Shown here: piece after piece, positions 50,628 through 61,661 of the stretch
Layout: the number at the start of each line of letters is the position of its first letter
Position numbering within the stretch: position 1 is the stretch's first letter
NCBI RefSeq assembly: GCF_009834535.1
Contig: NC_045715.1
Span: forward strand, 20,646,001 to 20,710,000
Direction: 5' to 3'
Source: Camelus ferus
Lineage: Eukaryota
DNA: 64,000 bases
Program-made: the position numbers and the translations under genes
Notes under the pieces: model-generated
Database searches by the model: none
What the model was told of the DNA's origin: nothing
The model's input: only the letters and a program-made list of their open reading frames with translations

Positions 50628-51769
50628 CATTTTACCCTTCCTGGATTCCACTCTAATCCGGCATCTCTCCCCTAACACCCCAGCATCCTTCACTGCCCTC
50701 TCAGAAGACCACATTCTCTGGTCTGTGAGTTCTCGGGCCTCTTTTCCTCTGTACTTCATGGCTGTTTTAGTTTAGTTTCCTCCCCAGAAAGCAGTTGGCA
50801 CTGCACCCACTGCCCTTTGTCCGTTTAGAAAACAGTCTCAAAGGTGGGTAATGCCTAGGCTGCCCTAGGAAAGGCACAGTGGTTTCCTCATCCCTTTCCC
50901 GTCATCCCCCCCCTCGGCTTCCTGATCCTCTCTCAGTCTGGTCACTTCCCACTTCCATTCTTACACTCTCTCTAAAACCTTGTGCCAGACTGGACTTGCA
51001 TCAAGAAGGGTGAGGGATGGACTTCTGTGCAGATTTCCTGACTTGGTACTCTGGCGTTCCTACCTCACTGTCTCCACCACCCTCACTCCCACCTGGTCTC
51101 CTACTGCTTTCTCTCATCTCATCTTCGTCTCTGGCTTCCTCAGCTCCACTTCACGCCACTGAGTCCTGGCACCCGCTTCCACAGGTTCCCGGAGAGGGGA
51201 GAGGCTCTGTCCTCTGCTCCACACTCCCCAGTTTCCCTCCACAATAAACAAACTGGGCTAAGTCTGTGTCACATGGTTTATGGGGTCAGGCTCAGGTGTG
51301 GGCAGGTGTAGACAGGTTAAAGAAAGTTAACTGGGTGTGGGGTTCCAACAGGGTTGCAGCACCCTGCCCACTCAACCATTGTGGCTTCCTCGTAGTCCGT
51401 CCCACACAGCCCTCATCCATTCCGCCCTCTGCTCAGCAAGAGATCAGAGTCCTTGTGACTCCTCCCAGCCTTAAACATACCCTACAAAACCTAGGTAGCT
51501 AAACCTGAGTGATGTCAGGTTTTTCCACCTAAGAAAAGAGGAAAAACTCAACCAGGGAAACTCAAGAGCAAACCATAGGGCCCAGGTCTGCATCTCAGAG
51601 TCACCCGGAGCTGAGGTTCCTGCGTTCCTGCCTATCCTCAGTTTTCAGGATCCTGGCACCTAGAACCTCCTCTGTGGGGAAGTACAGAGAGCACACAGGT
51701 GGGGTTGCAGTGGTAGAATCTTTCATTTTAATGTTTTGAAAAACTGTAAGCATGCAGAGGGCAATAATG

Positions 51770-52085
51770 AATATTCATAACTGATCCTTTCCCATACATT
51801 CAATAAACACTGAACACACTGCTCTGAGCCAGGCCTGGTGTTAAGCACCAGGAGTTGAAGATGAGTACATCCAGGCATCCACCCTTCTGAATTTTGTAAC
51901 CCAGTTCTGGGATTATGAAACCTTTTTCTGAAAAGTAGTGCAGCTTTGTGGCTAGAAGGCCAAATCCCAGCTCCTCTGCTACTTGGGTAAGTTGGTCTCT
52001 GCTTCACTTGGGTCATTTGTCAAGTAGGGATAGTGCCTCATAAGATTGAGAGAATGAGTGTAAATATGTGCACACAAATGGAAAG
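51770..52085. mobile_element. L2 terminus plus MIR fragment
   Basis: CATTCAATAAACACTGAACACACTGCTCTGAGCCAGGCCTGGTGTTAAGCACCAGG (L2-like), then CAAATCCCAGCTCCTCTGCTACTTGGGTAAGTT...CATTTGTCAAGTAGGGATAGTGCCTCATAAGATTG (MIR-like). Confidence 0.55.
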
Positions 52086-52594
52086 TAGGGGCTCAGAAAT
52101 AGACACATGCCTTAGAGACAAACATGCACACAGATTTTGGCCTATACAGTTTTAAACCTTTTTGGCCATACAGAAGTTTGCACACCAAAAGATGGATTCT
52201 TGTAAAATACACACCTGTGTTACCACTCCCCAAGTTAGCATAAAGGCCTTTATCAGCACCCAAAGCTGCCTTCACACAGCTACCTCCTCAGCCCTCCCCG
52301 CCAGCTCTCAGGGGCAGCCACTGGCCTGAGTCGCACCGCCATGGATGAATTTTGTCTGTGTGCTGAACAGAAGTGGTGTCACGCAGCATCTAAATTACAC
52401 AACATTTTGCACATAAGTTAACAGGTCTTCGTGGCCCCTTTAACAGCCTGTGCTCTGGTGAGAGACACCAATGTTTGTTTTTAGGTCAGGAAGCAGTTGG
52501 AGGTACAAAAAGAGGTACCAACCAGTTGTCCCCCTCTTGCTGGCCCACTTTTCCCCGTGACCTCTGACTTCAAAATAAGACAAAGGCCCCAGGG

Positions 52595-52742
52595 ATGGAG
52601 TATATAGCTCAGAGGTAGAGTGCATGCTTAGCATGCACAAGGTCCTGGGTTCAAGCTCCAATACCTCCATTTAAAAAAATAATAAGATACTGACATTGCT
52701 ATTATTAAAAAAAAAAAGTTCAAAAAAAAAAAAAAAAAAAGG
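52595..52742 (+). mobile_element. tRNA-Ala-derived SINE (camelid-type) with compound A-tail and TSD
   Basis: TATAGCTCAGAGGTAGAGTGCATGCTTAGCATGCACAAGGTCCTGGGTTCAAGCTCCAATACCTCC with A/B boxes and poly-A; flanked by CAAAGGCCCCAGGG (52581-52594) and CAAAGGCCCAGGG (52743-52755). Confidence 0.9.
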
Positions 52743-53252
52743 CAAAGGCCCAGGGTTTACACAGCTCTAGCAAGTCAAACTGGAAGACAGCCTCAGCGGC
52801 TGAGAAATCCAAGGCACGAAGTTGAGTAACTTACTGTGGTCCTTGATAAGGGATGTTGAGCTTGAGACCACAGAGGCCAGTGCTCCACTGGGCCTCACAT
52901 CTCTTCACAAAACTTCTTCCGCACCTTCTCCTCCCTGGCCTGGTTCTTCCACAGCTCCACTCCCACCCACACACCCCCATGGACCTGCCCACTAGTCCCC
53001 ATAGCTCTGGGTCTGATGGCACTTCTGAGGACACCCACTGCCCTTCTGGTCTTCCCTGGAGGATGGCTTCCAGTCCCTCTTCACCTCTTTGTGCCAAGAG
53101 CTGAGTCACAGACAGTGGGGCAGAGCGGGAACATAGCTCTGCTGAGCTGGGAGCTCCTTACGGGCTCCATGAGGGGGCCGTCAGGCAGTACCACCTCCCT
53201 CAGCCTCCACCTCCACCAGAAGAGAGACAAACCAAATACTTCAGTACCTCAA

Positions 53253-53258
53253 TTTATT
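53253..53258 (-). terminator. LY6G5C polyadenylation signal
   Basis: TTTATT on +, ~350 nt after the stop. Confidence 0.6.
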
Positions 53259-53604
53259 TTGCAGGAACAGCTGGGGACTTGGGACAAGAGAGGCCTGTGG
53301 TGGGAAAAAGGGAAGGAGCAAAGCAGGGGAAAGCAGCAGCTTCCAGGTGGGAGCAGACAGGAGGAAAGCTGTCAGACAGGACTGAAGGAAATTCTGGAGA
53401 GGGAGCCTGGGGAAGGGGCAGAGTGGAAACAGGGACATTCAAGGGTGTCAACCAAGAAGTAGATAGGGCTGGGGTCCAGTAACTCGGGGGAGGCAGGGAG
53501 GGCTGGTGGGCAGGGATGGGCATTGTCCCAGCTGCCCCTGGGTGGAAATTGGGGGGATGGCTGGAATTTGGCAGAATATTACTCCAGAGGTCTCCGCAGA
53601 ATTT

Positions 53605-56600
53605 CTAAGAAATATAGAGCGCTCTGTTCTGAGGGTTATTGCAGAAATTCCGGAAGCAGCATCGAGAGAATATCCAGAAGCCAAGCACCGGAGAAGTGCG
53701 GGTGTACGAGCAATCACTCATCTGCTCCTTAGGACGACAGTCACTCACCATGATGTCAGAACCACTGTCTGCAGAGGGACGGCAGCAGTCAGTGACACGG
53801 AGGTCCAGGCAAAGCCTCGAACCCTCCCATCCCCTCACTCTGCATGGACTGACCACACTGCCCTCAAACCCTACCCTGGACCCCCCCAAACGCAAAGATT
53901 CCTGGAACTGGGCAGAGGCAGAGAGTGCCAGGAATTCACCAGCCATAAACTCTTCAGAAGTTTCCCAACGAAGATTGGTGAGAAAGGGCCATTTGAAATA
54001 CAGTGATAGTTGGAATGGGGTGAGTTGGGACTTGCGGAGCGAAGTTGGGAGAACCAGCACTTTGGATGGGACCATGTAAGAAAAAGTTGGGAGATGTATT
54101 GGAGGTCAGATTGCAGAGGGGAGGTGTTTGTCATTTATTTTATGGATCAAAAGTAAGAGGATGTTCCTGCTGCTGTTATATATATTACTGGAGGGGGGAA
54201 ATCTTTGTGCCCATGTCCAGGGATCGTCATTGCTGCCCTGCTTAAGAGAGTGAAAACTTAGAAGCAACCTAAAGGTCCAGTAGGGGGATGAATAAATTGT
54301 CTCTGACATGCCCATGCTGTGAATACTACGCGGCTGGACAGCAGAACAAGGAAGCTAGTTACAAACTGGTATGGAAACATCAAGTTCCCATAACTGTTAA
54401 GTTTAAAAAACAAGTGCAGAACAGTGTTTACAGTAGTATGCTACTCTTTGTGGAGGAAAAAAAAAAGAGGTGAAAAGGAGTAAACAGCATATTTGTATAG
54501 GTGGGATGTGCATAAAAGATCACAGAAAGGATAATAAAGACATTTTTAAATAGTTTTTTGCTGTTTGTGCTTGAGAGCTGAATGGATTGGGCCAGGTGTG
54601 GGAAGGAGACTTCTCTTTGATACCCCTGAATACTCTGATATGGAACCACACCTGTGCATCAGCTGTTTGAAAAGTATCATGAAAGGATTTGAATGAAAGC
54701 AGTTGTGAACAGCAGTTGATAAGAACACCGTCTCTGGAGCGACCATAAACTGTGTGACTCAGCCTCTAGGAGATTTGTGCAAGGCTCTGCACCTCTGTTT
54801 CCTCCTCTGTAAAATGGGGATAATAATGTCTACCTCGGAGGGTTGTTAGTGCTTAGAACAGTGCTGGGCACATAGTCTGTGTTATGTGCTTATTAACTTG
54901 AAAAAGGTGAGGATTCGGGTAGAAGAGCAAGCATGAGGAACAAGGGAATGTAGTCAATTTCCAGCAAGTTGAAAAAGAGGTGGAGATGTCTAGAGGGCAA
55001 TTTGATATGACAGTTTTGGCTAACATTCAGATTTAGGAGGATGCCATACATGGCTGCTAGGTGGAGCCAAAGAAAGATAAAATCCTCTTGGAGAGTAAAG
55101 AGCTAAGGACCAAACTTTGGTGAACATGAACTGTTAAGGGTTATGGAGAATAAGGCAAGACTCATGAAGGAGACTGGGAAGAAGCAGTGGAAGATGGAGA
55201 AGACTGATGCTGGCAGGAACTACTGCTGACAGATGGGGAGAAGGCAGCCTGAAGAAAGGCTTGTGGATCTGGTGATCTTGAGGGTCCCCTACAAGTCTGG
55301 GTGCTATGAGGAGGGTGAGCTGAGGAGGGAAGGAGAGTGGAAGTAGAGATAGGGAGTGGCTCTAAAGGAAAGGAAAGGAAAGACAGACAGTGATGGAATA
55401 GTATCTTAGAGCTGTGGGAACCAGACTTGGGGTACAGCCTAGAAGGCTGGTAGAGGCTCAGTTTGGGAACAGACTGGGCCCAAGACAGAAGGGGGAAAGC
55501 AGCTTACTGTTCTTTATGAACAGAGTCATGCAGCTGCTGCCGTGCGGGGCAAGGCAGATGTCAGATCCCAGAAGGCACCCCAACTCCTTGGTCTCCAAGA
55601 GGCATCGATAGCAGCGAAGGTATTTGTTTAACTGAGGCAGATAAGGGGGTTCTTGTTCATTAAGATTGAGCTGACCTAGAACATAGAGAAGCACTGATTT
55701 CAAACCCACCTAATTTCCAGGCTGGCCAACCCCACTGTTCCCTCCCACTTACCCATCTCAAAAAACCATAAAATTACCAATTCTTTAAAACCATCCGGCT
55801 AAATCTTCCATTAGAAGCCTTAGTGCTTGTTAAAAACCACCGTTCTCTGCTGTTATACCTCCTGAAATGAGGAACTCATTCATCCATTCATTCATTCACC
55901 ATGTATTTGAGGGGCTAATGTGCCCAGCACTCTGCAAGCCTCTAAGTTCAATGGTTAGGCCAAGTCAGCCCATTCCAACTTTGGGTACCCCTGTTAGGAC
56001 AGTTCTTCCTCTGTGACTTGGTGTCACAGTTCCCCACACTCCTCCACACTCCCAGACTCTCTTGAATATGCTTTCTTAAATCTGTAACATTCAGAAGTGA
56101 AAACACCAGCGTGGACCATCACAGGACAGGAAGAATCTCTGCTTTGTGTAGACAAGAGACTTCAAGTAGCCCACAGCCACATTCTTTGTTTGGTGGTCCT
56201 CTCATTGATCCAACTCATTTAATTTTGTCCACCAAAGCCCTCCTCTATTACATGCATATTCATCTCCCTCTTCCTCTGGTCCCAGGCCCAGACCACATGT
56301 TAATGAGTCCCCAGACCCGGCAGAGCACTTGGTGTGAAGCAGATGCTGAGCAAACACTGAATCCTGTTTCTGTGTAGATGGTACTTTGCAGCCAAATGAG
56401 GTTATCAGGTTGGATTCAGCCTTGTTCTACGTGGTGGATCCTAGTGCTGTCATCTGGTATGTTCGTCCAACCCTCCCTATTCTGTATTGTCCTCAGATAT
56501 GAAGAGGTTCCCTTTAGTATATCCATTTAGGTCACTGCTGTTGAGTGAGACATCCCTGGGGAAGTTACCAGAAATCTCCCTCAGAATGAACATCAGTCCA

Positions 56601-56872
56601 TTATCAGTCTGCAGGCATTATCCCACCAAGCCCACACATCCCATCTTTCCTCCTGCCTAGGTTTACCTGAACATCCTTGGAAGATGTACCCAGACACCTG
56701 GTGTCTGTGGATTTCTCTATCCAGCAGGCTAGGAGAACCTTCTGACCCCTTAGAGCCACTTACCAAATGCGAAGCTCATCGTGACCAGAATTATTAAGAG
56801 GACAGGGCTTTTCCTCTTAATGTACAGGGCTTGGGGGGAACTCAGATTCCGGCTACCTGCAGGGACTGCCAT
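53605..56872 (-). CDS. LY6G5C: Lymphocyte antigen 6 family member G5C, 146 aa
   Basis: Exons 56872-56764 (MAVPAGSRNLSSPQALYIKRKSPVLLIILVTMSFAF), 55675-55508 (KYLRCYRCLLETKELGCLLGSDICLAPHGSSC), 53768-53605 (GSDIMVSDCRPKEQMSDC...FSRCCFRNFCNNPQNRALYIS-TAG) total 441 nt, phase 1/1. CCAAT/TATAA-like element at ~56907-56917. Confidence 0.92.
54285..55300. mobile_element. Cluster of old repeats in LY6G5C intron 2 (L1M 3' end, MIR, L2)
   Basis: GGGGATGAATAAATTGT...GAATACTACGCGGC...AAGTGCAGAACAGTGTTTACAGTAGTATGCTACT (L1M, ~54285-54660); CTCTGTTTCCTCCTCTGTAAAATGGGGATAATAATGTCTACCTC (MIR, ~54740-54895); purine-rich L2-like text after. Limits approximate. Confidence 0.6.
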
Positions 56873-57099
56873 TAAGTTTATGACTTCCCATCAGCCTCTG
56901 GTTTGGCCTTATATTGGTGGAAGAGAAGTTGGCCAAGAGGGCAGGGAGAGGCAACACCTGTTTGGGGTAGAAATCAGTGCCAGAATGGCCAGAGGGACAG
57001 AGTGTCCCCACCCACAGCCTTTCTGGGGCCTAACATCCTGGCTTGGGGACAAGGGCCCAGCAACAGGGGAATGAGAGGGGAAACTTCTTTCATATTAAT

Positions 57100-57520
57100 T
57101 CAACAGACATTCATTGAATCAGGTGTTGGAGATACAATATTTCACAAAGTCTGTACTCTGACAGAGCACACAGTCTAGTGCAGGAGGCAAGTCAACAAGC
57201 AATGATGGTGGGGAGTGCTTTCCGGGGGCACTTGGGCAGTGGAAACTACTGACCAAAGGGATTTCAGCAGAGGAGTAACAAGATCAGATTTCTGTTCATA
57301 AAGATTTCTGAGGCCGGGAAACCAGTTAGGACGCTATTCCTGAGTCCAGTCACAAGATGGCGGCCTGGTCTAGCAAAAGAGAGGGAAGCCGAGACGTGAA
57401 TGATTCTGAGATAACATTTAGGAGGAAGACTGGACAAATTTGGACTTAAACTGAATGTAGGGTGAGGGAAAGGGGGATAGGCTTACAAAAGCAGGTGACT
57501 GTGATACCATTTTCTAAGAT
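57100..57520. mobile_element. LINE-2 fragment
   Basis: TTAATTCAACAGACATTCATTGAATC...CTGTACTCTGACAGAGCACACAGTCTAGTGCAGGAGGCA...AGATCAGATTT...GAGATAACATTTAGGAGGAAGACTGGACAAATTTGG is L2-like. Confidence 0.6.
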
Positions 57521-57579
57521 GGGAAAGACGTGTCAGAAATCCAAAAGCGCAATAAAAAATTTTTTTAAAAATAAAAGAA

Positions 57580-59260
57580 ATCCAAAAGCGAGGACACCTG
57601 GGCCCCGAATGGTCATTCTCAGCCCAGTGCCTCCTGTGGGTTCTGGAAAGTAAGTGCCTTTCCCTACGCCCCCCTTTTCCGGGCCCGCCTCAGCTCTGCT
57701 GCAGGTCAGTGGGTCTGATCTCCGGCGCCCACAGGCTCCGGCGCTGTGCGCTCGAACTCCGCGGCTGGCTGCACCTCAGAGGTTTCGGGAGGACGAGAGG
57801 GCGGCCGCCAGCCCAAGTTTGGCTCTTGTCCCTGCCGCGGGGAAGCAACCTAGGAACGGCGTGCCGGGCATCAGGACCCAGGCGTCTGGCCCTAGCCGAC
57901 ACCCAGACACTACGCGGCTTCCCCAGAAGGTGGCACTGTGGCGCCAACATCCCTCCCAGACCAGGATTAGGAGCCCACGCAGCAACCAATGAGCGGCCGC
58001 CCACCCGCCTCAGGTGCGGTATCCACTTCCTCCGCCCGGGGCCTGCTGGGCCCGCCCCGACTGCTCTGTCGGCATCTCGTCAGGTCAGTCCCTCCCTCTC
58101 TGTGGGAGAAAGGGTTTTTGCTTTAAGGGTCGGTGGGCTGGGGGGCCGTGGGGGGGGGGGGTCCTCGGCTTCCAGGAACGCACCACCTGCTCCAGCTTCT
58201 GGTCTGGAGGTTTGGGGCGGGAACGTGCCCGAGGGTTCGCAGCTACTGTCTCGGACTACCCAAGAATCCTTCGGTCTCGGGGTGCTGATGAGGAAGATGG
58301 GAAGAAACGCACGGAGACACACCCGAGAAACACGGACGCGAAAACAGAAATACGAGAGGAAGACGCGCGCCACTGCACGCACCCCAAGAGCTTTGGAAGC
58401 AATTTTTTTTTTTTTTTTGATGGAGGACTAGGGATTGAACCCAGGACCTTGTGCGTGCTAATCACGCGCTCTACCACTGGGCTATACTACCCCCCACCCC
58501 CAAAAGCTTTGGGATGATAGAAATAAGAGAATTATTTTAAAGGAAAGTCAAGGTAATGGAGAAATGGGGAGGAGCACCGGCACCTATATAAATCTTTGTT
58601 GAATGAGTGACAGAGTGATAGATGAAAAGAATCAGACGGCGGGGACTGCTCTTGAAGCGAGGAGGGCAAAGGGGAGCAGAAGGGAATTTCACAGCGCCCT
58701 CTGAATCCCTCTTTCAAATATAACCGTAACGAAAAGGCTAAAGACTAGAGTTATGGGTGACTGAGGCAGGGGTCCCCCTGAGAAGTCCAAGAGGACTTGC
58801 CGTGGAGTTACATCGGCCACGCGCCCTAAGGGTCGCAGGAGCGAAGAGGCGGGTCGTATTTCGAGGCTGCGCTGGGTCTTCTTCGGAGGGGGTGGGGTCT
58901 TAGGGTTATTAATCCAGCCCTAGTTTCGTTTCGCTCTTCCCCTGTCCACGTGGCAGGGCGCGGCGGGTGAGCGCGCAGAACTGCCGGAGTTCGTTGCCAC
59001 GGTGACGGGCACCTTGGAGGCTTTCTTGGGGTGAAGAGGCGGGGCGTTCCAACAGTCGCCATGGTGACAACTGCGGATAATGGTATCCAGACTGAGGGCC
59101 TCTCCCCCGGGACAAGGGATAGCTGCGGGTAAGCAGCTGAATGACCAAACAAAGGAGGTCGGGCTTGAGGACCCAACGCCACAGTTCGGGAATGGATCTG
59201 GGCAAACGAGGGGCCGGGCTACAGATAATTGGGCCCTCGAAAGCCAGGTTCTGTTAGGGA
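57580..59260. promoter_or_regulatory. Orphan CpG island between LY6G5C and ABHD16A
   Basis: Dense CpG without a recognisable CDS. NF-Y box AACCAATGAG at 57984-57993; RFX X-boxes at 58993-59006 and 59055-59068; E-box CCACGTGG near 58946. Confidence 0.75.
58403..58496 (-). mobile_element. tRNA-Ala-derived SINE (camelid-type) with 15-bp TSD
   Basis: Minus strand GGGGGGTAGTATAGCCCAGTGGTAGAGCGCGTGATTAGCACGCACAAGGTCCTGGGTTCAATCCCTAGTCCTCCATC-poly(A); TSD CCCCAAGAGCTTTGG (58382-58396) and CCCCAAAAGCTTTGG (58498-58512). Confidence 0.9.
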
Positions 59261-61428
59261 AGTGGCTGCGACTCTGCATTCTGGAGCGGAACTTAGAGAG
59301 GGGATATTTAATCTGAATATAAATGAATGAAAAAATGAATGACTGGGCTCCTGAGAGAGCTGGGAAGATTTGGTGATGGGTGGATGAGCTATCCCCAACA
59401 CCTGCCCCCACCCCCCGGAACCCTCCACCCTCTGGTCCCTCATTCACTTGTGACAGCTGTGTAAGCAACACATGCCCCTCCCGAGGACGTAGAGCAAACC
59501 TTCTGCCCAAACATGCAGCCCAGAGCTGAGTCCAGCACCTCCCACTAGGAACAGTGCAGGGCGGGGCCTGGCCAATGAGGTGGCCCAGCCCCATCTCTTC
59601 TTCCCCGGATTCCAATCCAGTTGTTAGATCTCCTTTTTCCCAGTCTCCATTCCCTCTCCCAGTTTTCCCAGCAACTCTAGGATGCCTGGGCAACCAGGCC
59701 TCACCCGGTGCCCAGTACGGCAAGATCCAGAGCCCCAGCAGATTTAGGGTCTACATCTCAGCTGGTCTTCCCCTGAGACTGCGAGAACCCTGCTAAATAG
59801 GGTGAAGAGTGGACAGGGAGCTGGTTCCATCCTGGGGTAGAGGGTGGTTCTGAAAACACAGCTGCTGTGAGCCTTATCAGGTGGGGAGTAATCTGAGGCC
59901 CCTTGGGTGGGGTGGTCCAGAATTCAAATGTTGAACCTCACCTCTCCCTACTCACTTCAGGTATCCAAGGGCCCATCAGGGCATCCACTGTTCTCTATAG
60001 TTAGTACAGGAAGGAGTGAGGAGGGCAGTGGTGGTAGAGACAGATCAACAGAGTCTCTGGCGGCCATGGCCAGGAAGACGGACTCCTTTGTCTCTAGGGT
60101 GTGAGAGGTGGGGCTGGGTACCTCCTGACTGCATTTAAGGAGGTTCTCTTAGCTGAACAAAGACTTGGTTTCCAGGAGACGACTGTCCTGGTGGATCTGG
60201 GAAGGTGAGGTTCAGCACCATGCCACTGGTCCCACAGCTCCATATTCCACACTTCCCATCCTGTTTGCTCCCTAGGACAGGACAGAGGAGATGGGTACCA
60301 GTATCTGCTCTCCAGTATTTGCTAAAGGTGGAGCATTCTGGAGCTGTGGCCACCTCCTCTCTTCTAACTCCAAGTAGTAAGCATCATGTTACCTGACAAG
60401 TCTCAGATCATTCCTTCTGGTGGAGACAAACTATGTCTCCCCTTAAGGAGCTGCTGAGCTGGTGGGGGCAGAGAGCCTCTGCCCCAGGGATAGCAGGGGA
60501 GCTTTGTACACTGAGGTTGGGGGACACACTGAAATTAGCCAGAGACTTTATCTAGTTAGGACATCAGAATATTGTTGCCCATGTTAAGTATCTTGTTCAA
60601 AACAGTGGACCCAGGGTGGTAAGCCTAGGGGCATTTCATCAGGGAAAAGAGGTTTCCAAGGGAAGAAAGTGGCCAGGCAACAAACGGATGGGTGGGAGAG
60701 GGACTCATTCTGTTCTGTGAGGTCCAAGGATGGGAAATAGGACAGAAGTTACAGGGAACCAATTTCCTCAGGTTCAAACTAAGAATATTCTAACAGCTGT
60801 CCAAAAAGGTAAAGTATGGCTCTCGGAGGACTTAAGTCTTTGTCATTCGGTCCTCAGTCCCTGGCAGACCCCATGTTTGTTGAATTGCAAAGAGGATATG
60901 AGGAGAGAAATTTGATGACATGGAGAGGAGAGTGTGCTGGGTTTGCTGCATAAGACACGGGGTGCAGGCCACTCCTCACTCTCTGTGGGAAAAGCAAGAG
61001 CTGAGCAAGGAAAACAGGAGGTACTGATGGGGAAACCATGTAGGCTGGACCTGGCGATCAATAGAAGAGCTGAGTAGGTGAAATCAGCTACTAGAAAATA
61101 CTTTGTAAACAACAAAGCTCATGAGTTGTAAGCAAGAGGAGGCAACCACGGGCTCCTGGGGTGGTGGTACGCAGGAAGGACTAGGCAGGGGCCAGGGAGG
61201 AGGCAGAGTCGTGATAGTACTAGGCACGCCAAGGAGAGGAAGGCCTTGGGGACCCACTGCATGACGGCAGCTCAGGTTGGGGTCTGAAGGCCTGGGGTGA
61301 CAGCAGAGACAGGGCGGGTTAAACTGGCTGTCTGGAGTTGGGGTTTCCCAAAGCTCCCCACTCCCAGCCTTGGCTTCCTGGATACCTGGGAAGTCACATT
61401 ATTAGCCAGCCAGTAGAAAAAATACCTT

Positions 61429-61434
61429 TTTATT
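61429..61434 (-). terminator. ABHD16A polyadenylation signal
   Basis: TTTATT on +, ~230 nt after the stop. Confidence 0.7.
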
Positions 61435-61661
61435 AATTATTAGGAATAATCCATTCATTTAATGCAGGGCGTGTGTCCAGGAGACTTAGGTACTGCAGGA
61501 CGGAAGAGGGGAACCGTGCAGGAGGAACAGTGAAAAGGGGGATGGCCCCCCGCCTGCCACAAACTATAAACAGCAAAATAAACACAAAGAATCACAAATA
61601 ATGGGGTCCTTCCTTGTGTCTCCTCCCATCCATTCTTCCAGAATGACTCCCACTGTGGTCC

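Noticed and set aside
58403-58496. Possible genuine tRNA-Ala(AGC) gene (also 52595-52670)
   Set aside because: The anticodon stem has two mismatches, and the poly(A) tail and TSD show retrotransposition; called as SINE.
57709-59723. 240-aa (+) and 267-aa (-) ORFs in the orphan island
   Set aside because: Non-ATG starts, GC-rich composition, one runs through a SINE poly-T; no recognisable protein.
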